In this document: positions 54,536 through 64,000 of the stretch, in pieces
Layout of the letters: each line of letters begins with the position of its first letter
How positions within the stretch are numbered: position 1 is the first letter of the stretch
Assembly (NCBI GenBank): GCA_951406725.2
Contig: OX597815.1
Span: 99,820,001 to 99,884,000, forward strand
From: Octopus vulgaris
Taxonomy: Eukaryota
DNA: 64,000 bases
Reading direction: 5' to 3'
Made by a program: the position numbers and the translations under genes
The notes under the pieces: generated by a model
The model's input: the letters and a program-made list of their open reading frames with translations, nothing else
Database searches by the model: none
What the model was told of the DNA's origin: nothing

Positions 54536-54578
54536 CTAGGCCGATGAAGGACAATGATCCTGAAACACGTGTCCCTAG
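54536..54578 (+). ncRNA. Type-I hammerhead ribozyme motif with palindromic loop 3
   Basis: ctagg-CCGATGA-agga(caatga)tcct-GAAA-c(acgt)g-TC-cctag; all three stems pair perfectly; one core deviation (U4C). Confidence 0.8.
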
Positions 54579-55059
54579 ATGCAGCTCCGGCGGCCGGGGG
54601 TGTTTGTCTCCCCTTCGGAAATGTATATAAGGACACAGGGGAAAATGTGTCAAAGCCATCAGGAGGCGTCGATGCTTCCTAGGGCTATACAGCGGTGGTG
54701 TACCCCACCTAGTGTCACGTTCGTGTTAGATTGACAGTATACAACCATTCTATCGCCCCACCACCGTACATGTCTCTACGAGAGATTTAGAAATTTAGTA
54801 TTTCTTAATATGACTTTTGTTATTTGAAAAGTATATTAATCTTCATGAAATGTTTCATTTCTGATTTTTCAGTTGAATGCAGGAATTACCCAACTTAACA
54901 ATTCATTCAATTCCAGATATCCAATTTTTGAGTTAGTCATCACCAACAGATGAATCCTTATAGAAATATAGGATTGTTACATTCTCGTGCGTTTCTACGG
55001 ATTTCGGAAATTGGTCCTGAAATTTACCACACATTTTACCATTTAGCATGATTTCATCA

Positions 55060-56224
55060 TCTTTATATATAAAAAACTGAGAATGTGTCTGTCTGTGTGT
55101 CTGTGTGTTTCCCTAAAACTTGAGAGCTACACTACCAATTTCATTCAAATTTTACACATGCCTTACTTAGGGTCCGGGGAGTGTCATCGGCAAAAAATTT
55201 TTTTAACTTTTTGCCTAGTGCGAGCCCACAGCAATATCATATCTTCTCCACTACGATTCCCTAAAACTTGAGAACTACACAACCAATTCCATTCAAATTT
55301 TACACGTGCCTTAATTAGGGTCCATGTAGTTTCATGGGCAAAAAAATGTTCAACTTCTTGCCTAGAGCGAGCCCATAGCAATATGATATCTTCTCCACTA
55401 TTTCAGTATTACGTGTTAAAAGTGGAACAAAAACGTTTCTCTATTTTATGTCAGATACTTTCACTTTAACAATAAAAATAATAATAACAATTGAATTATA
55501 TGTAGTAAGTAATAATTAAAATCAAACTAAAGTAACATAACAAAAGTAAAAATAGCAATTGGTATAAAATTGCATCAATGATTTGAACTTGAATAAGTGG
55601 TTTCATATGAATGGGAATAAATTACAAATAAAATTAGCGTACAGAAATGGAATAGTCCAGATGGATAATAAAAAATTAAATTAAAGAAAAGACTATTGTC
55701 TATAAAGTATACAATGTAGAGAAAAAAGAAGATTTGAACACCTGGAGGAAAGCACCTTCGAAAAGTGTCTTGGTGCGACTATGAAAGGTATCTAATCAGA
55801 AGCGGTAAATTCGCCACAATAGAAGCAAGGTTCGAGTCAACGGAGCTTGCAAGGGAGTACTCGACTCGAACTTGCAAAGTGGAAATATTTTATTTTTACC
55901 TTTATATCTGGGACGTAGGACGTCCCGGAAGAAATTTTTAATGCCCCCTTCCGAAGTAGAGGTAGGCTGGATTGTAGCCACACTTCTATACAAGCGGGAG
56001 GAAAAGATACAATTGATCGAAATTACAAGAGACGGGCTAACAATTCCAGTCTGTTATATATTTTGAGTATTGTTATCACTAGCGATATCAAGATATAACA
56101 TTGTATTTTGTATTTTATGTGTAGATGTATATATATAGATGTACATGTAATATGTACACATATATATACACATATATACATGCACTAGCACTATGACCCG
56201 GCAACGACGGGTCTTTAATGCTAG
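55060..56224 (+). mobile_element. Non-autonomous Helitron with internal ~148-bp tandem duplication (55109-55252 / 55257-55400); interior may include captured sequence
   Basis: 5' a|TCtttatatata, (GTCT)/(GT) microsatellite after the head, 3' hairpin gacccg...cgggtc and CTAG|t. Confidence 0.7.
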
Positions 56225-56599
56225 TCTAATATAATTCATAAAACACGAATAAAACCATTTGATTTGCTTCATCAGAGTTTTCTTTCAAGAATTTCACGTA
56301 AACTCTCTGAACGACTCAAAGCTATAATAGAAGAAACTTTCCATTTATACTACTGGGGGACCAAATACAAATTTGGACAATTACAAAATGTAAACCAACG
56401 ACAAAGCCATACTTGCGCTTTGTTGTTGATGACGGTTTTGTTGTTGTCTTCCTTAAGTAACTTGGTGATGTAATTACTTTTCTTGTTATTTTCAATTGTC
56501 ATCAATGTTCTTATTTAATGAAATTAAACAGACTCAACACCAGAATTGCCAGACTTCTAGTTTTTGGATGCTATGTTAATATGTTCCCCATCACACATC

Positions 56600-57700
56600 A
56601 TATATGAACTCACCATATATGAAGTGCCGCATCCATTTGGATATCCATTTCACATTATATAAGAGAGAACTGGAAAACATACTTGGATGATTGATTTATC
56701 ATTTGGAAAAAGACCATTGATACACTTGTGGAATTTAAATCAATACTGAATAATATAAGCCCTAACATTCAATTTACAACTGAATATAGCAAACACTAGC
56801 TCCCTTTCTTCGATATTATGATAAAAAGAAAGTCAACGGACTCGAAGCAATATCTACTGTTTAGCTCATGCCACCCGAAACATATCAAAAGAATATCCCC
56901 TTTAATTTAGCAAAAAGGATTTCCACAATAGTGTCTGATAGAAATACTTGGGATCTTCGTCTTCAAGACCTCAGAACAACACTAACTGAAAGACTATATC
57001 CACCATCACTTATAGACGTTTGAATTGAGCGTGCTAAGAAATTAGACATTAAAACACTTAGGGCAACAAAACGTAACCACACCTCATCTCAAAACACTAC
57101 TGTATATATCAGCCCACAACCCTAGAAACAATGAGGCATACAACACTATTGTACAAAATCTACCTATGCTCACTAGAGATCGAAAAGTGAACATTCTGCA
57201 AGCACATAAGCACGTCAAATGCAAAAAGCAACATAATTCGCTGAAAAGAGTTCTAACAAATGCGAAGCTTTACATAGCAACCACGAAACCAACGGTTAAA
57301 AATTGTGGACGCTCAAAGTGTGGAGCATGCCCCAACCTACCGGAAGGCTCGGAATTCATATTCAATTAAGAAGAGAGGTTCACAAATAAAACCAACTTCA
57401 CTTATGCTTTCCGAGAATCTAATTTATGTTATAACTTGCTCAGGTTGTGAACATAACTATATAGGACAGACATGTATAACACTGAGACAGAGTACCACAC
57501 TACGTAAGGAACAGATCCGGTTCCCGCAATACAGACAGATTCCTTTGAGTGAACACATCAGAGATGTGCAAGTAATATCCAACCAAACGTCACATTTTCT
57601 CCATCTACCAGTACAAAGAAGCAATTTCTATACAAGAACGTTTAAATAAAGAAAATTTATTCATCGAATAATAGAGAATACATCTAAATATAGGCATAAC
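56600..57700 (+). mobile_element. Penelope-like element pseudogene: RT C-terminal half, Cys-rich linker and GIY-YIG endonuclease (Neptune-like)
   Basis: WKTYLDD*FIIW...LNNISPNIQFTTE...LPFFDI...TDSKQYLLFSSCHPKH...CGRSKCGAC...NLIYVITCSGCEHNYIGQT; stops and frameshifts. Confidence 0.92.
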
Positions 57701-58087
57701 CAACTTTGATCTCAGTATATATATTAATTCATGATCACATGCCCATCAATGTACATATTTCATCTCACTACTTTAATTTTGAGTTTTTGTGTATATATGT
57801 TTATTTATCCCCTCCCCGAAAGATGATCAATTACCTCCCCTGTCACCAATAATAATGATCATCAATTACTTACCCTTAGATTTTTTTACTTGTTGAATTA
57901 TCCATTCACAAACTTTTCAACACACAACATGCACTAAAATCTTCATAAGAAAATACGAAATTACAATAATTTCAATGTTATGATTAGCGAAAGCGAAACC
58001 GGTCCACAAACACAATATAAAATATATAAAAAAATATATTAAAACTATGTAAAGTGTGTGATTTTCCTTCTTTGATATTTTTTTGCA

Positions 58088-58129
<42 letters not shown>

Positions 58130-58175
58130 AGACATATATAGATAGAGGCATACAGACATACAATAAACTTTCATA

Positions 58176-58215
<40 letters not shown>

Positions 58216-58248
58216 TATACATACATATATATTCATCCATCCATCCAT

Positions 58249-58295
<47 letters not shown>

Positions 58296-58845
58296 TTTAA
58301 ATTTGTTTACGGTAACGTTAGGGTTATGCAAATAAGCCCCTATTTCATTGTACCGGCTACCGTCTAATGATACTGAATAATAAGTCAGTTTTTCAGGGTT
58401 GCATCGTGGTTGTACCGATATAATTTCGGATTAATATAATAATAACAATAATTCTAGGATGGATACCACAACATCTTGATCGCTCCCTCGCGGGTGGGAA
58501 GCTATACAATGAATTACGGTGCATCTCACGGTGCAGACGCTCTTTTCAGGTGATGCAACACAGTTTCTCGTTACATAAGTAATGTTTCGCTCTTAATCTC
58601 AACTAGAGTATGTTGATAGCACTCGTATCTAATATACATTGAGAGACATTCCATACTCATTGTCTCTAGTATACTCAACAGGCACTGAGAAATTGCTAGC
58701 ATAGATCCTGCGACGATTGTCCAATTACTGTGGATGACGCATGTAGCCATAGGCAATGAGCGTGTTTTACCGGCATACTACTATGAACATACCCAACGAA
58801 TCAAGTATAAAAAGTTTAAATTTTAATTTTAATTTATATATATAT

Positions 58846-59170
58846 ATATTGTTGTATTTCGGGATGCTCATTTATTTTCATTTTTTGTTTTGCCAAATAA
58901 ATACACCCACTATCTATTCGTTTTTCACTTGTTTGTTAATATTCTCATTGTAACTCATGTCCATTGTCCGGTAATCTTTCGTCACACATTTGTGACCTTT
59001 TCGGCGACACACGAAGAGAAGCGTCGCTGAAAAGGTCAGATATGTGTCATGAACGATTTCCGGACAATAGACATGAGTTAGAATAAAAACATTTATAAAC
59101 GTTTGAGGAACGAGTATATGGTGCGTGTTTATTTGGCAAAAAAAATTATCATCCCGAAATTCAACAATAT
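58846..59170. repeat. ~325-bp diverged fold-back (two convergent copies of a short element)
   Basis: Ends atattgttgtatttcgggatg / catcccgaaattcaacaatat; inner 60-bp arms 58951-59010 / 59021-59080 align without gaps. Confidence 0.85.
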
Positions 59171-59201
59171 CTGTTTCAACGCACGGTTTCACATCAGGAA
59201 T
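59159..59201 (-). ncRNA. Hammerhead-like motif with a 2-nt insertion in the core
   Basis: Minus strand attc-CTGAT(GT)GA-aac(cgtgc)gtt-GAAA-ca(gatat)tg-TT-gaat. Confidence 0.5.
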
Positions 59202-59227
59202 CTTGCAAAACAAATTCACAAATGCAT

Positions 59228-59483
59228 ATATATATATATAAAGCTGAAGTTGTCTGTGTGTGGCAGGTTTGGAAGTCTTCAACTAACACTATCTCCTCCG
59301 AGACCCTGCGAGAAGATAAAATTCAAATCGGACCATGTTAACACCCCAAATTAAGGTGCTTGTTTTGCTATGAAAATCCCTATCTTTTACGATTTTTTGA
59401 CTGCTGTGTCGCCATTTCACTTTTCAAAAATTCCAATTCTAAAAGGTCGAAACAAACCCAAGCAACGCCGGGCGATACTGCTA

Positions 59484-59484
<1 letters not shown>
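59228..59484 (+). mobile_element. Short non-autonomous Helitron between (TA)n tracts
   Basis: tatatataaagctgaagttgtctgtgtgt head; 3' ccc.agcaacgccggg hairpin and CTAG|t at 59481-59485. Confidence 0.7.
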
Positions 59485-59558
<74 letters not shown>

Positions 59559-59599
59559 TATATTGCATTTGTAGTCTCTCATTCTTTAGTGGGCCACGG

Positions 59600-59900
59600 C
59601 TATGCTAGAATGGACCAGTATACACACCTTTTCAATGGCCATTCTTCAATGACTTCTGATGAAGAAGAGCATACGATAATGGTGCCCACTTTTGCGATTC
59701 TTGTAGTGATGTAGGCTCATCTGGGACCTTGGACAGCAAAATGTCAAGTTGTTTATTAAAAACATCTACCCTCACATCAGGTAGATCTCTTAAATTTTTT
59801 GACAAGATACTAAACACCTATGGACATTTGAATTTCAGGCTATTGCTGTACATGGTCCTCAGTCTACACAGGACGGCTGGGGCCTTTGAAACACTGCAGT
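59600..59900 (-). mobile_element. CR1/L2-group LINE 3' fragment (related piece at about 47020-47110, + strand)
   Basis: FSILSKNLRDL...VFNKQLDILLSKVPDEP motif; the + strand piece reads ILLSTVPDES. Confidence 0.7.
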
Positions 59901-60049
59901 GACGTCCAGTTCGGGTCTACTTTAACTCTTGATATCAAAGTAATTAACTGCATATCTCCCGTCCTCGCACCAAAGAGTAGAGTCGTAATTCTTTCAGTCT
60001 CTCCTAGTGGACCAGTTGTCCCCATTGATACAATCTTCCCACTACACAC

Positions 60050-60110
<61 letters not shown>

Positions 60111-60604
60111 TATATATATACAGATATATACGTTATATTTATATATATCTGTGTATGTATATATATATATATATATATATATAAATATATACATCTGTAT
60201 AAATACATTTATACATACATCTCTACACATATATAGATACATATACATGTATACGAATAAAAGGATATATGTCCGTATGTGTGTGTGTGTGTACACATAT
60301 ACATATATGTTGTTTACGTTGCGTACGTGTCAATATATGTTCAACTGTAGCAGTGAACATGTGTGCAAAACGTGCGTGTCTCTCAGTTCATGTGTGTGCG
60401 GGAGATTGTGTGAATACATTTGTTAGGAAGAGTGTAAACGTGTATGTATGCGCACGCGTTCTTTTTAATATTGCCTATCGTGGTTTACATTTTTCAGTGT
60501 CTGTGGAACTATATTTTGTCAACGGCGTCCCTTTATTGTTTCCGTTATATATTTCATTGGGCAATTTACAGTTTTGTTTTCGTCACTTCAGCATTACCAG
60601 TGTG

Positions 60605-60808
<204 letters not shown>

Positions 60809-60832
60809 TATATATGTATATATATAAATATA

Positions 60833-60864
<32 letters not shown>

Positions 60865-60969
60865 ATGTATGTATGTATGTATGTATATATATATATACAG
60901 ACACACTGGTAATGCTGAAGTGACGAAAACATATATATATATATATACATATATATATATGTATATATG

Positions 60970-61033
<64 letters not shown>

Positions 61034-61418
61034 GAGGAAAAGAGAGAAGAGTTGAAAGAAGATGTAGGAGGGGACAAGGAAACGATTATAGGACAGAATG
61101 AGAGTGATTGGATGTGAGAAGAGGGGAAGATGGAGGAAGAAGGAAAAATGAGGGAGAAGGAGAAGGAGGATAAAAAGAAACAGCGGAAGGTGACGAAGAT
61201 GAACTAGAAAATGAAAATGAATTAGAAAGAAAACAAGAAGGAAAATAAAAAATATTGAAACAAAAAATGATACAAATGAAGCAGGGGAAGAACAACATGA
61301 AGAAAAGGAAGAAAAGGAAAAAGATGATTGATAATGATGATGATGATGATGATGATGAAGAGGAAAAAGGATGAAAATGAAAATGAAGTGGAGTTAGAAA
61401 CGATAGGAGGAAAAGGAA

Positions 61419-61484
<66 letters not shown>

Positions 61485-61738
61485 AAAACGTTAGTAGTAG
61501 TAGTAGAAAACGTTAAGGCAGAAAGAAAGAAAGAAAGAACACGTTGCTTTCATTTGAGTGTTCAGAAATCCCCTTGAATAACAAATATACCGATATTACT
61601 AGATCAATGGATTTCAATCTGAACAACAACAACAATAAATGTGGGTGAAAAATAAATAAATGAGTCAATAACTAACCTAAATATATCATATGTGATTTTT
61701 AATACCTTGTCATTTCTTTCCTTTCTCACTTTTACTGG

Positions 61739-61773
<35 letters not shown>

Positions 61774-62104
61774 AATCAATCTCTCTCTCTCTCTTTCTCT
61801 CTCAATCAATCTCTCTCTCTCTCTTTCACTCTTTCTCGCTATGCTTGTGTCTCTCATTTCAATCTGATTCAGACGACGTTAATAAATACTTGAAGAAAAA
61901 TACGTCCTCTGTACATGCATACAAATAGGTATATAAGTCTATATATACTCCTAATGTACGCATACACATACATCAAAACACGTACAATTATACGTGTTTG
62001 TGCGTATGCACGATACATACATACATATATACACATATAAACATATATATATATACATATATATATGTATGTATATATGATATATATATGTATGTATGTA
62101 TATA

Positions 62105-62253
<149 letters not shown>

Positions 62254-63729
62254 CATATGCGTAGATAAATCACACACAAACATATATATATATATATCAT
62301 CCAGAAAAAACTTTGAACATGTACATAAATATATATTGTAATATAAATGGTACGATCAGCCTCTAAATCCACGCCTCTCACGAAACTTAGGCTTGCTTTC
62401 GTGCATATTGCTCGCCAGTTCTGCCCATGTTTAACGCCTCTTGCAATATTTGGTAGTAGATCTTACCACTTCCGGCAGTGCTGGCGTGCCGTAGACGCTA
62501 ACTGCTATTTCTCGTGTTCTTTGTAACATGCTTCCGAACGATGACATAGGTGCAGGCAGATTATTTGTCAATCACATAATCCATTGCATCGCTTTTATTT
62601 GAATCGCCTACAGTTATCGTGCGTGACGAAGGATGTTGAAGCATTTTTGTCTCCCATGACTAGCTGAAATACCGAGGCCATTCAAAGTGGGAAATAACGA
62701 CGTAGCTTATTCAAAAGCCAGGAACTCAAATTTTTTAAGAAAGTAACTACCCATGGCAGAATAAAGAAGAAAGAGAAATTAAAGCTAGGGTATGGAAAGG
62801 AGAAGAAAAATTAGAAAGAAAAAAAGAGATAAGATCAGAATGGGGAAAAAGATTTGGTTGGTGAGTAAGAGGGTGGAGAGAATATATTTCAATAACAGCT
62901 TTGGGAATATTAAACTGAATCAAGTGACCGCCCCTCCTACTCAAAATGGAAGAATTGAGATATGAATGAAAGACGAACAAAACAAATAAATCGAGAAGGC
63001 GGTGACGGCATGACTCTTTCTGTGTAAAAGTTAAAATTTCAAAATAGACAGAAGGCATTTGTCGATTTTGCCGTTGGAAGATTGAAAGCGATGTAAAGAA
63101 TGTGTCTAGAAGGAATTTCTCTTTAAACTTAGCGGCAGCTTCTCTTCTCTTCGATGTATAGAAGATTATTTGTTCAAAATGTTTGAACAGATCATTGGCT
63201 GCTAAAAACTATGATAACTTCCATGAAATACAACTTCCGTTGGCCAAACATTCTTTAACTATTATCGTATCAACGAAACGAATATGGTTGCTATCAGCGA
63301 AATAAATAGTGATATTACAAGCTCAGATGTTGTTTATTCGAGTTTTACAATTAACAACAGAAGTGAGGTGAAAGAAAGCCAGACAGAAGCAAAACAGATG
63401 ACAAGAGAGAAAGAGAGACATGGGGAGATAAAAAGAGAGAGAGATACGGAAAAAGAGAAACAGAGATAAGGAGAGTAAGAAGAAGGAGAGGGGCAAAAAA
63501 TGGGGGAGGAAAATGTAGGAAGTTTTATTATGAAACATCAAACTGATTGAAGAATTGTGTTGGATTTGTGTGCTTTTCTAAATAAAACATTTATGTAAAT
63601 ATTCTGTTTGGAATTCAAGCTATCACTCTCCTATAAATGAATGTAAGTATGAATGTATGAATTTATATATTTATATATAATACATACATTTATGCATATA
63701 CATACATATATATATACGTATATATGCAT

Positions 63730-63774
<45 letters not shown>

Positions 63775-64000
63775 CGTATGTATGTAAGTTTATGTAAACA
63801 AATAGGAATGTAGGTAAACAAATGAATGTAAAATAGCGACACCAAATATGTAGTGCATATTGAAATACCGGGAAGATGTTTGTATGCAAGTTAGTATATT
63901 TGTCAGAGTGTGCATATCTGTTAGTATACGTATGAATATTTCCGTATCTGTATACGTTTATAAGTGTGTCAGAATGTATGTTTTCACGTGTGTGTATGTG

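Noticed and set aside
58300-58600. Additional hammerheads downstream of the Penelope ORF (minus-strand GAAA...UH halves)
   Set aside because: No CUGANGA box or closing stem I could be found.

Overview
AT-rich eukaryotic DNA, extremely dense in microsatellites, with no intact protein-coding gene. The repeat content points to a coleoid cephalopod, most likely Octopus (inference), and to intronic or intergenic sequence. Almost every ORF in the supplied track is translated simple repeat. Recognisable content: decayed transposons (a mellifera-type mariner, a DD37D/maT element, a Penelope-like RT plus GIY-YIG remnant, R4/Dong, RTE and CR1/L2 LINE pieces, non-autonomous Helitrons, hAT and Tigger-like MITEs), several tRNA-derived SINE families, and one or two possible small exons near 9.7-11.2 kb. 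The most interesting signal is a set of six minimal type-I hammerhead ribozyme motifs (6.35, 6.65, 26.7, 41.05, 54.54 and 59.2 kb) in short non-coding elements, mostly abutting (TA)n tracts. Several have inverted duplications beside them, and at 41 kb the duplication breakpoint is exactly the predicted self-cleavage site. The 41 kb and 54.5 kb copies share a diverged downstream RNA fold with compensatory changes. Together these suggest a Penelope-driven, microsatellite-targeting, retrozyme-like system. All alignments and folds were done by eye.
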